Shown here in pieces: positions 12,241 through 25,000 of a stretch of 64,000 nt of DNA; the first letter of the stretch is position 1, and every line of letters starts with the position of its first letter. The notes below the pieces were generated by a model, which was not told where the DNA came from, ran no database searches, and saw only the letters and a list, made by a program, of their open reading frames with translations. A program made the position numbers and the translations under genes. The DNA comes from Leucoraja erinacea (Eukaryota), in contig NC_073401.1 of the NCBI RefSeq assembly GCF_028641065.1, positions 22,940,001-23,004,000 of the forward strand. The letters run 5' to 3'.

Positions 12241-14164
12241 TGGGCAATACCTGCATTTTCACATCAAGCAGTTTACATTTGTCTCCCCATAAATGACAAG
12301 AACTGTAAATATACCAAAGGTGCTGCAGATTATGTCAATATTTTTGGATTGATTCAGCATCTAAGAGCAAGATAACTGCAGGGACCACAGAACATCGTCG
12401 AATGCAGCGCCACTTCATGCTGGATGAACATTTACTCGAAGCTACATCTTGTGTTATTGTGAGCAGCCAGACAACTTTATTTTACGGTACAGAGATGAGT
12501 TCTCCTGCCCACCAGCCCCCGCATTCCTCTGCCAACTGGGATTCTTTTTGTACAGGTCCCGATCATTTCTGCAGATCTGCTGTAAGCATGTATCAGCCAT
12601 GATCATATTGAAAGGCGGTGCAGGCTCGAAGGGCCGAATGGCCTACTCCTGCACCTATTTTCATTTAAAAAAAGTATCACTAGGAGTTATTCAGTAGGGA
12701 AATGCCCTTCGGCCCAACACGTCCCACCTGCCCGCGGTGGCCCGTATCCCTCTAAACCTTTCCTATCAATGTACCTGTCCAAATGTTTATTAAATGTTGT
12801 TATAGTACCTGTTTGAACTACCTCTTGTAACTAAACCACGTGGCACCGTGGAGCTTACTGGGCCAAATATCCAAGCTCGTATGGAGGTTGAGGAATACTG
12901 CGTTGATGAAACACTAAACGCTGACCAATGTTTCCAAAATACCCGTCGCCCATCAAAAGTAAAGGAAGCCTCGCGGGGGTAGGAAAATGGGGACAAAGCA
13001 TGGATATGTTCGACTTGCAACTGGGTGTAGGATATCAATGTAGATCATGGAAAAGTCTGACAAGAAGTGGATTGAAGAGGTAAATTCGATCAGAGAGGTG
13101 GTCATAATACCGGACAAATCCAGCAAAACAAGACTTCGCCATTGGACTCCACATGACTCGCCGGGTCAGGCAACAGCTGATTAGAATTGCGAGGCATCAT
13201 TTCAGGTCGTGCCCCTGGAACAGAGGAGGTAAATGTGTAAAATAGATATGAGGTGCGATACAGCTGGCCAAGTGATAGATCGGTGGATACATGTGAGAGG
13301 GGGTTGATTAGCAGATTGGGGCGGGGGGTTAATTGGCAAAGGCTGTGGGTGAAAAGGAACAAGAAATGAAATCAGCCACAAAATAAGGGGGAAAGGGAGT
13401 GAATGGTAACCGTGGAGGAAGGGATGTGATAAAAATAGACAGCACACGTCCCCAACCTGTTATTGTACTACTGGAAATTGACATCGTAGTGGAGAATCTC
13501 TCCAGATAGGACACCCACATCGGAAGCAGATTTCCCCCAGATTTTCACAATTTATTCCCCCTGTTAAACATGTTTTTTTATTCCCAGAGAAGAACATCCA
13601 AGCAGTTGCCATGTCCCGAAAGCTGTTTATCCCATTAGCCCTGCGAGCCTAAACTTTATTTCTTTCGTTATACTGTTTAAATATATGACCACTTCTGGTG
13701 ATTAATGTTGAGCTGATTAAAGACCACGGTAATGCCGCGGTTAACTAATCCCTCAACCCACACTTGTCATCGCGTTTTTCCTGGTATAAACACTGATATA
13801 TTGTGATATTTAGTGCGGAACGATTGGACACATTTGGGTACTTCAAGCATATTAGCGTAATGCCAAGACTGCGCTTCCGTATTTTTGGGATATCCAAAAT
13901 AGGAGACACTGGTTTGCACCTAATTTCTTCAATCTGGGGGGGGGGGGGGGGGGGGGGGGTATGTGCAAGCGGTCCCTTCAACTGTCCTAACACATGGATC
14001 TACGATCAATCATGAAACCTCAGTGTATTTGAAATATAACAAAGGTTCACAAAACGCCAGTTTATACACACTGGCATCATCGGACATTATTGTTTTTATT
14101 CTATTGAAGGCAAGGACATTTGCACAGAAAATTACAACGATGCATCGTAAGTAGAATAATCTGT

Positions 14165-14170
14165 TTTATT
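14165..14170 (-). terminator. polyA signal, cluster 2
   Basis: AATAAA on minus, position conserved between clusters. Confidence 0.7.
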
Positions 14171-14349
14171 GCATTAAATGTTACATTATCGTTTTTCAGT
14201 TCATCGTAAAATACCAACAGCGCATTCACGGCAACAAAATGCACACGTGCTGCGTTTGAACAAATACCCTGTTAAAGCGAACATTCCATATCTGAATATT
14301 GGATTAATTTACAAAGAAATTGAACAAATCGGGAATTTGATCCTTTGAA

Positions 14350-14672
14350 TTATAGGCAACTGGATCTGGTGATGTCTGCCTTAATCGGGGTTGCCTGGGT
14401 TTCGTGTTGAACCACACAGGAGTAAAGATCGTGTGAGTTCCAGTAGGCGGCTGGCAGAGTCAGGTAACTGCTCGCACTGAACGAGTTGTCCTTCTCCTGC
14501 TGGACCCGGCTGGTCGCAGCGCCGTCACTTCTCACACTGCCGTCCACGGTCCACTTAATGTCCACAGCGCCCGGGTTGAACCCGCTCACCAAACACACCA
14601 GGATGGCGGTACTTTTTGCGGTGACTTCACCCATTGATGGCGCCAGAATGGAAACGGTGGGGGAGCGCGGAC
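14350..14672 (-). CDS. IGLC: Constant exon, cluster 2 (open frame)
   Basis: 323 nt, 6 aa differences from the cluster 1 C exon. Confidence 0.9.
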
Positions 14673-17064
14673 CTGGAAATAAAGAATTGAAATAAATACA
14701 AATGAATTATTTATCAGTTGATTTAAAAGTCAGAATCGATTCAGCTGGAATGACTCCAGGCAAGATATATGCCGACTCGTTGGATAGATTGGATATGCGA
14801 GGACGTTAGTCCTTGGAGTGTAGAAGACCTTAGGGTGATCGCATGGCGGTTACAAAATCGCGAGGGGAATACATAGGGTTAGCGCATGGAATCTTTTCCC
14901 CGTAGTAGGAGAATGAAGAATTAGTGGGTTTAGGTTCAGGGCAACATTTGTACACATAACGCGTTGACTCCATGGAATGAGTTCCCCAGAGAAGTTGATG
15001 AGGCAAGTACAATAACACCATTTAAATAAACATTTGAATTAATACTTGGATAAGAAAGGTTCAAAGAGATATGGGCCTGACACGCGCAAATGGGACCAGC
15101 TCAAGTAAGGCAACCCGGTCGGCATGAAATAGCTGGACTGAAGGACTGTTCCACCGCTGCATAACTCCGTGGCTCCATGGCCGTGTACTGCACTGGCTTT
15201 ACAATTCCCGGTCATTTATAAACCTCATTTTATACAGCAGAATCATGATAAGTTAATTTTTATGGGGGTATATCCGAGGTTTGGTAAAACATATAACATA
15301 CAATTTTCTACAGATCATGGAAACGGGCAGAAAAAATGTAAATACAACTCATCCTGGCAGAATGAGCAGCATTTCCAAATTAATGCTTGTTTAAATAGTA
15401 ATCCCAATTCTATCCCGGAACAATCTTTAGAATGTTACTTATTAGTGAATCTTCCACATCGTCCAGAAAGTTCATGATTCAATGATGGTGGCGGGCAGAA
15501 AAATGAAAGGTAAAACTAAAGAAATGTTTTGGTCAGATTCAAATTCCTTCTGACACATGTCCAGACAGCTCTGGGTTTAACATCCAACATATTCGGACTT
15601 TAAAAAACATTTCAAGCTAATGCTGAATTTAAAGACGCTGTACTATTTCCTTCCAATCGTACGATTCAAGGCAATTCAGCAATAACCTCGTATACACGTG
15701 TGCCCATTTCTGCATTAATTTATCAGAAAATGGAAAATTATGTCTCGCTCTTTGAAGCTTTTTTGACATGTCGGTCTACCAACCGCCTGCCCGTAAAAAA
15801 AATCAACACTCAGAGGGATCATGTTTAACAGCATAATGAACAGTCTGCGTTTTCTGCTATATCATACACTCGATGGCAATCGGAGAACTAGCATCAAAAT
15901 CCCTTGCAGGTTCTACAAGAGTCAAGGGTACAAAGAGTCTGACGGCATATCCACACAAATGTGATCAGCTAAGGTGGCAATGGCTCGCTGAACGAGGAAT
16001 GAACCAGAATCCGGTTCTGCTCTTGTTTCTAATTTCGGAGCTGAATCAGACTTGCAACAATCCTCCACGCTTTCGCGTAAAGGGAATTGAAATGCTCCGT
16101 GCGAAGCGTTTAAATTTTGGTTTTAACCTTTTCCCTGACAATTAGTTTTAGCGCTGTTGTAGGGAGCGCGTGTAACCCTGTCTAAACGCCACTTCACCCT
16201 CATGGTATCATTAAAACGATCAGAAATCAACTTCGCGCAATTTGCCCTAATGGGTATTTGCAATTCCAAAAATATCCCATTTAAATTCACCGACATCCCT
16301 TGCCAAATGTTTATTAACTTTCCTTTGGATGTTTCCAATGATTCTATTTGGCCCACTCTCAGAGTTGGTATTATCCGTGTCCACAATATACTGTAAGTTA
16401 ATGAAATCTCATAATTTCCCGAACATTTGTTCAAGTAACGGCAACAGTTTTGGTTTGCATTCCGCTTATATTGAAGCAAAGTGACCAATAGCAGCAGTCT
16501 CATATGGAACCCGCCACTTGAGGATACTTCAAATCAGAGAATCAGTATTCCTGTTAAAGGAGCAGGTTTCATGAACATCAGGGAAGGAAGTGGGAAATAG
16601 ACGTTCAGATCATTACAGAATTTAACAACTTCGCATTTGAAGCACAGCTGTCAGTCTGTGAAGGCGTTAAATTCCACGATGATCAAGAAGCCACGGATAG
16701 ATGAGCGCAGATTTCCCGGAGTATTGTAGGGATGGAGGTAAAGGATTATTAAAAAAAAAACAAGTTCACGTAGGAGAAACAAGGAACCGCGAATGTTGGC
16801 ATCTTGAGTACAACACAAAGTGCTGAAGTAATCCAGCTGATCAGACAGCACCTCTGGTCCACAAAGAAAGATGATATTTCCGTTCGGGAACCTTTCGCAA
16901 AGGTTCCGACACAAACCATTGCCCATCTATACTTCTACCGGAGAAGCTGGCTGACCCGTCCTGTCTACTTTAGTTTAATAAGAACTTTCTACCGAGGATT
17001 TATGATGGAAAGCAAAACCCAAGTTCAACGATTTGTTGTTTCACACCGTGAATACTTTACTTAC

Positions 17065-17410
17065 TGCTTAGATTCAGTTTGGTTCCTCTCCCGAAGGTGA
17101 ATATGTATGTACTTGCTGGCACGCACAGCACAGTAATAATCGGCCGCGTCCTCCGATTGCACGTTGGTGATGGTTAAATGCATTTGGTTCGTGGATGATT
17201 CATCGGATCCCGTGAATCGGTCTGGAATTCCGGTGCCTCTGGTGGTTCCATACCACACCAAGACAGGGCTGCTGTCCGGCTTCTGCCAGTACCAGCTCGT
17301 GTAGAAGCTACCGATGCTGCCCCCTGACAGTGTACAGGTGATTTTCACGGTTGTTCCCGGCGATTGTGATATAGACGGGCTCTGAGTCAAGGTAATCTCC
17401 GCGTTTATAG
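17065..17410 (-). pseudogene. IGLV: Out-of-frame VJ exon, cluster 2
   Basis: 34 nt between the Cys codon and the J-Phe codon. Confidence 0.88.
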
Positions 17411-17507
17411 CTGATAGAAATAACAGATAAATATACAGAACCATTAGAAATAAAAACACAGCAGAATGTAAAACGATACAGCATTAATCATTATGCGCTC
17501 TACTCAC

Positions 17508-17553
17508 AGTGGAAACAGGTCACCAAGGCGAGAACCCAAACCCATTCAGCCAT
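17508..17553 (-). CDS. Leader exon, cluster 2
   Basis: Same sequence as the cluster 1 leader, gtgagt donor. Confidence 0.9.
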
Positions 17554-17652
17554 GTTGAAGGTTATAAGGGAATATCTTGCTGCACAAGCGCGGTTTTGAG
17601 CCCTTTCCAAGTTTCTCTTTTAAAGTCTTCAGTCACTAATTATTAATTATTC

Positions 17653-17673
17653 ATGCAAATCTTTATCCACGTG
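17653..17673 (-). promoter_or_regulatory. Octamer plus E-box, cluster 2
   Basis: ATGCAAAT 17653-17660, CACGTG 17668-17673. Confidence 0.85.
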
Positions 17674-19119
17674 ACACCGATTCACTGAATTATTGGCTCG
17701 GGGTAAAATGATATTTCTGCAGCTCCAGCCCTTTGGGAGAAAGAAATATTCATGTTGTTTTAAGTGGGAGGAGAATAGCAGACAACGGTGAACTCAACGG
17801 CGGCGGGGGGAGGGGGAGAGAAGCTCTGAGACTCACACGGGAACTGTTGTGTGAGAGCAGGCTCTTATTTACTGAGTAAACGGTGTCAGCTGTGTTGAAT
17901 GGTGGCACTGTACAGACTTTGCACTAATCACCTTAAGCTCCCAAATAATTATAAAATAACACCTTTGTCCTTTTCCTACAAATAATTCGCAGTCGTGTAA
18001 TAGTGCAATGCACCATTCCACCATTAGCCCCTTCATTGTATTTAAAGTGTCCACTTTAATGGTGAAATTAAACGGCACATGAGAGTCTGTTAATATGTCT
18101 TCATCGCAATGCGAGAGAACGACCCTTCAGACGGTCGAATTGAAGGGCATGGGAAGAACAATACATCATTAATTAAAGTAGAAATGTGAGGGTGAGGTAA
18201 TGCTGTATAGGGGTAAATGCATGCCATGGAACGGAGCCAGCTGAATGTATTGTGTTATTTTTACTTGAATGGGCTGCATGGTAACTCAAATATCACTGTA
18301 CCATAATTGGTGCGTGTATGTGACACTAAATGTGAACTTGAACTTGAAATCCACCAGCAAATTCAATTAAAATATCGGAAATTCCAGATGTAGACGGAAG
18401 CTTTCAACGTAATCATTCAAAAGACAGAAACTACACACGTGCCACAAGAAATAAAACATCCACGATTATCTCAACATGTTAAAGACAGCATTAAACTAAG
18501 AGCACAAAAAATTTCTATGAGCAAAGTTGAATGGAAATCAGAAAATTGAACAGCGAATTGTAAAATAATATGTCGAAGCGTTCAATGAGTATATTAAAAT
18601 ATTGTTGGACGTCAGCTAGAAGTGTTAATGCATGATAGTAAGAAATGCTGTCATTTTTATTACAACCTACAGACTGGACAGTGAAGTAGGGGATCTGGGG
18701 TAAAAGTAAAGGGGAATATGGAGATGACAGAAAATGTAAACTGAAAAATGTCCTCGGTCTGCACTGCTACAGAACACGGACAACATCCCAGAAACGGCTG
18801 CAGACATGGAAGTGGAAGCAAGGAACAAACTCACTAACGTTGCAATCATTAGGAAGTTGATAGAGCCACGGGCTGACAGGGTGTTAAGATGTATTGTATT
18901 TCATTCTAGAATCTTAATTCATCCCAATGCAGCGCTGAATTCATTGCTTTGAGTTTTTATTTCAAAACTACCATGGACGTTCCTTGGTGATCATTTACAT
19001 TCAGAAAGGAGGAGGGACAGAAATATTGCAAGCTGTTACTAAAACGATATAAAGGGTATTGACAAAATAATCAATAAGGTCATCTCGCAAAAGTCAAAAT
19101 ATTGTTGAGAAAGGGAACA

Positions 19120-21100
19120 TTCAGAAACGTAAGGTGCAAAGGGGTTTGGGAGTGCTGGTGCAGGATTCCCCAAAAGTTAATTTACAAGTCTGTAGTCGGG
19201 AAGGCAAATGCAATGCTAGCATTTCTTTCGAGAGGGCCAGAACACAAAAACAGAATACAAAACCAGGGATGTATTGCTGGGCCTTTATCAGGCACTGGTC
19301 AGACCGCATTTGGAGTGTTGTGAACGGTGTCGGGCTCCAATCTGAGGAAGGGTGAGCTGGCGTTGGAGAGGGTCCAGAGGAGGTTTACGAGGGTGATCCC
19401 ATGGATCCCAGGGCGACACAACCCTGATTGGACTGATCCAGGTTGGGGAGGAATCTGCCTACAGACAGGAAGTAACACAGCTGGCGTCCTGGTGCCTTCG
19501 TAACAATCTGGAGCTCAATGTCCTTAAGACGGTGGAATTGATAGTAGACTTTGGGAGAGCGCCCCCTCCCCTCCTGGATAGAGTGGATGTGGAGTGGATG
19601 TTTCGACGAGCGGGGGAGTCAAGGACCAAAGGTTATAGCCTCAGAATAAAAGGACGTACATTTACAAAAGGTGATGAGGAGGAATTCCTTTAGTCAGAGG
19701 GTGGTGAATCTGTGGAATCCATTGCTTCAGAACGCTGTGGAAGCCAACTCAATGGATATTTTTAAGGTGCAGATTGATTGGTTGGTGATTAGTAAGAGTG
19801 ATAAGGGTTATGGGGATAAGTCAGGAGAATGGGGCTGAGAGGGGCTGAGAGGGAGAGATAAATCAAGCGTGATAAAATGGCCGGGTAGAATTAGAGCTGA
19901 AAGGCCTAATTCTGGTCCTACAATTTATGAATTTATGAAGGACGTTCCACCAATTTACCGAAAGGCTTTGAAGAAGTTCCAAGCCAGGCAGATATAATTT
20001 CGAGCAGGCATTTGATAAGGTGAGGAATCGAAGGTTGATCTGGTAAATAATGTGGTAATATTGGAGGTAGGGTATTGACATGGATGGTGAACTATATGGC
20101 AGACAGGAAGCAAAGCGTAGGAATTAACGGGTCCTTTTCAGAATGGCAGGCAGTGACTAGTGCCGCAAGGCTCAGTGTTGGGACCTCAGTTATTAACTAT
20201 ATATATTAACGATTAAGATGAAGGAATTAAATGCAACATCTCCAAGTTTGCTGATTACACAAAGCTGGGTGACAGTGTGAGCTGCATGGAGGATGCTATG
20301 AGGCAGCAGGGTGACTTGGATAGGATGTGTAAATGGGCAGATGCATGACAGATGCAGTATAACGTGGATAAATGTGAGGTTATCCACTTTGGTGGCAAAA
20401 ACAGGAAGGCAGATTATTATCTGAATGGTGTCAAATTTGGGAAAGGGGAGGTGAAACGAGAACTGTGTGTCCTTGAACACCAGTCACGGAAAGAAAGCTT
20501 GCAGGTGCAGTCGGCAGTGAAGAAAATCGAATGGCACGTTGGCCTTCATTGCGAGAGGATTTGAGTATAGGAACAAGGTGGTCCGACGGCAGTGGTACAG
20601 GGCCCTAGTGAGACCACACCTGGTCTATTGTGTGCAGTTTTAGTCTCTAAATTTGAGGAAGGACATTCTTGCTATTGAGGGAGTGCAACGTCGGTTCACC
20701 AGATTTTACTTCGGAGTCACGTGAGAAGATTCCGTGAAGACATATAACATTCTTAAGGGATTGGATACACTAGATGCATGTAAAATGTTCCCGATGATGG
20801 GGGAATCCAGAACCAGGCGTCCTAGTTTTAAAAAATGGTAGGCCATTTAGGACAGAGATGCGGAAACACTTTTGTTACGCAGAGAGTTGTGAATCTGTGG
20901 AATTCTCTGCCACAGAAGGCAATGGAGGCCAAATCACTGGTTGTATTCAACAGAGAGTTAGATATAGCTTTTAGGGCTGATGGAACCAAGGGATATGGGG
21001 AGAAAGCAGGAACGGGATACCGATTTTGGATGATCAGCCATGATCATGTTGAATGGCGGTGCTGCTCGAAGGGCCGAATAGCCTACTCCTGCACGTATTT
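19120..21100 (+). mobile_element. Degenerate CR1 LINE fragments upstream of cluster 2
   Basis: KCEVIHFGGKNRKADYYLNG, RVVNLWNSLP, CR1 3' UTR. Confidence 0.85.
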
Positions 21101-22032
21101 TCTACGAGTCTTGGTATTTATTGTTAAGAAAAGAACATTGGGCGATTAGTTTGAAACATAGATCACGCATAAATAGGCAAAATTCAGGTTGGAAAGATGC
21201 AAAAACTGATGTGCCTCATAGATCACTGCTGGAGCCACAATTTCTAAAAATGCTTAAAAAAATGTTGGCTGTTGAATTTGTTAATGACATGAAGAACAAA
21301 ACAAGGCCACCGTGGATGTGGATAGTTCCAGTGATTGGGCAAAGGCCTGGTAAATGCGGGATGTGGGAACATGTGAAATGTCAATTTTGGCAGGATAAGT
21401 GATACAAAAGAATGTTATTTACAATATAGACACAAAAAGTTGAGGTAACTCAGAGGGACAGGCAGCATCTCTGGAGAGAAGGTATGGTTAACGTTTCGGG
21501 TCGAGGCCCTTCATATTTACATTTTGACAATTTTCAGTGTTTTGAGATGCAGAATTATTTCGAATTGTTGGTGAGCATTCGCCACAGGCTAGAAAAAGGT
21601 ACAACAACTACCTAGGAAAGGTAACAGTGTTAGCATCTTACGCCAGAAAAACCGAATACAAAAGAGAAAGGGTCTTAGTGTTTCAGTTGTACTTCATCGC
21701 AGAATCGAGCAGAGTATTGAAATGTAAATGCCTTTGAAGCAATTCAGAAAATGGTTACTAATAGACCCATATCTGCAACGAGCGAGTGCTCGACAGTTTG
21801 AAGCATGAGAGTTGCTTTAATTGAAGCACAGGTGATTATGCGGGGTCTTAACAGCATGTGAAGGGTGAGGACAATTCGGCTGGGGTAATCTAAAGCTAAA
21901 CGTCACCGGTTAAACAAAAATAAATGCCTACTTCAAAAAGTGAAGAAACAAAACACATCTCTCAGAATGGAGAAAGCCTCATCAATTACGTTTCTGAAAA
22001 TGTGGTAGAAGCAGTATTTACTTTTTTTCCAA

Positions 22033-25000
22033 ATCACCATCTCCACCCCCATCACCATCTCCAACCCCCATCACCATCTCCACCCCCATCACCATCTCCA
22101 CCCCCATCACCATCTCCACCCCCATCACATCTCCACCCCCATCACCATCATCCACCACCCCCATCACCATCTCCACCCCCATCACCATCTCCACCCCCAT
22201 CACCATCATCCACCCCCATCACCATCTCCACCCCCCTCACCATCTCCACCCCACACCATCTCCACCCCCATCACCCTCTCCACACCCCATCACCATCTCC
22301 ACCCCCATCACCATCTCCACCCCCATCACCATCTCCACCCCCATCACATCTCAACCATCACCATCCACCCCATCACCATCTCCACCCCCATCACCATCTC
22401 CACCCCCCATCACCATCTCTCCACCCCCATCACCATCTCCACCCCCATCACCATCTCCACCCCCATCACCATCTCCACCCCCATCACACATCTCCACCCC
22501 CATCACCATCTCCACCCCCATCACCATCTCCACCCCCCATCACCATCTCCACCCCCATCACCATCTCCACCCCCATCACCATCTCCACCCCCATCACCAT
22601 CTCCACCCCCATCACCATCTCCACCCCCATCACCTATCTCCACCCCCATCACCATCTCCACCCCCATCACCATCTCCACCCCCATCATCCATCTCCACCC
22701 CCATCACCATCTCCACCCCATCACCATCTCCACCCCCATCACCATCTCCACCCCCATCACCATCTCCACCCCCATCCTAGCTCCACCCCCATCACATCTC
22801 TCCACCCATCCATCACCATCTCTCTCCCCCCATCACCATCTCCACCCCCATCACCATCTCCACCCCCATCACCATCTCCACCCCCATCACCATCTCCACC
22901 CCCATCACCATCTCCACCCCCATCACCATCTCCACCCCCATCACCTCTCCACCCCCATCACCATATCCATCCACCCCCATCACCATCTCCACCCCCATCA
23001 CCATCTCACCACCCCCATCACCATCTCCACCCCCTCCCATCCCCATGCCCATCTCTCCCCCCCCATCACATCTCCACCCACATCCCATCTCCACCCCCCA
23101 TCCATCTCCACCCCCATCACCATCTCCACCCCCATCACCATCTCCACCCCCATCACCATCTCCACTCCCCCATCACCATCTCCACCCCCCATCACCATCT
23201 CCACCCCCATCACCATCTCCCACCCCCATCAAAATCTCCACCCCACCATCTCACCCCCATCATCTCCACCCCCATCACCATCGATCCCCCCCCATCACTA
23301 TCTCCACCCCCAGCATCACCATCTCCACCCCCATCACCATCTCCACCCCCATCACCATCTCCACCCCCATCACCATCTCCACCCCCATCACCATCTCCAC
23401 CCCATCACCATCTCCACCCCCATCACCATCTCCACCCCCATCACCATCTCCACCCCCATCCCATCAAGCTCCACCCCCATCACCATCTCCACCCCCATCA
23501 CCATCTCCACCACCATCACATCTCCAACTCCACCCCCATCACCATCTCCACCCCCCATCATCACATCTCGCCCCCATCACACCATCTCCACCCATCAGCA
23601 CCCCACCGCCACCCCCATCACCATCTCCACCCCCATCACCATCTCCACCCCCCATCACCATCTCCACCCCATCACCATCTCCACCCCACATCACCATCTC
23701 CCCCCCCATCACCATCTGCCCACCCCCATCACCATCCTCCACCATCTCATCACCATCATCCACCCCCATCACTACCTCTCCACCCCATCACCATCTCCAC
23801 CCCCATCACCATCTCCACCCCCATCACCATCTCCACCCCCATCACCCTCCACCCCCTCACCATCTCCACCCCCCATCCCATCTCACCCCCATCACCATCT
23901 CCCCCCACCCCCATCCCCTCTCACCACCCCCATCACCATCTCCACCCCCATCCCATCCATCTCCACCCCCATCCCCCATCCCCCCCCCCATCACCATCTC
24001 CACCCCCATCACCATCTCCACCCCCATCATCCCTTCCCCCCCCATCACCATCTCCACCCCCATCACCACTCCACCCCCATCACCATCCCCCCACATCCAC
24101 CCCACCCCCACAGCCCACCCCCAATCACCATCTCCACCACCCCATCACCATCCCCACCCCCCATCACCTCACCATCTCCACCCCCATCACCATCTCCACC
24201 CCATCACCATCTCCACCCCCATTCACCATCACCACACACCCCATCACCATCTCCACCCCCATCACCATCTCCACCCCATCACCATCACTCACCATCTCCA
24301 CATCCCCATCACCGCCATCCACCATCTCCCCACCCATCACCATCTCCCCCCACCCATCACCATCTCCACCCCCATCACCATCTCCCACCCCCATCACCAG
24401 CCTCCACCCCCATCACCAGCTCAACCCCCATCACCCCCATCTCCACCCACACCATCACCATCCACCCCCCCATCACCATCCTCCACCCCCATCAAAATCT
24501 CACCAGCCACCCCATACACCATCCACCATCTCCACCCCCCTCACCATCTCCACCCCCATCACCATCTCCACCCCCCATCCCCATCTCACCCCACCCCCAC
24601 CATCACACCCCATCCACCATCTCCCCCCCCCATCACCATCTCCTCCCCATCACCATCTCCACCCCCATCCCACCCCCATCACCATCTCCCCCCCCCCCCC
24701 ATCTCCACCCCCATCACCATCTCCCCCCCATCACCATCTCCCACCCCCATCACCAATCTCCACCCCCATCACCATCTCCACCCCCATCATCCCCATCCCG
24801 CACCCCCATCACCATCCACCATCCCCCCTCCCACCATCTCCACCCCCATCACCATCTCCACCCCCATCACCATCCACACCCCATCACCACCCCATCACCA
24901 GTGCTCCACCCCCATCACCATCTCGTCCACCCCCATCACCATCTCCACCCCCATCACCATCTCCACCCCCCCATCATCATCTCCCACCCCCATCACCTCT

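Larger units (their letters stand above)
205..13045. repeat. Segmental duplication unit (~13 kb) carrying one IgL cluster; homologous to 13115-22033, 34830-42505 and 42570-57570
   Basis: Long, near-identical collinear blocks, also visible as repeated ORFs in the six-frame track. Confidence 0.9.
14350..17553 (-). pseudogene. IGL: Ig light chain cluster 2, germline-joined but frameshifted at CDR3; exons 17508-17553 (L), 17065-17410 (VJ), 14350-14672 (C)
   Basis: VJ exon is 346 nt (+1 frame). V reads YYCAVRASKYIHIHLRERNQ while FTFGRGTKLNLS lies in another frame. The spliced product stops at TGA 14627-14629. Leader, splice sites, promoter and C are intact. Confidence 0.85.
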
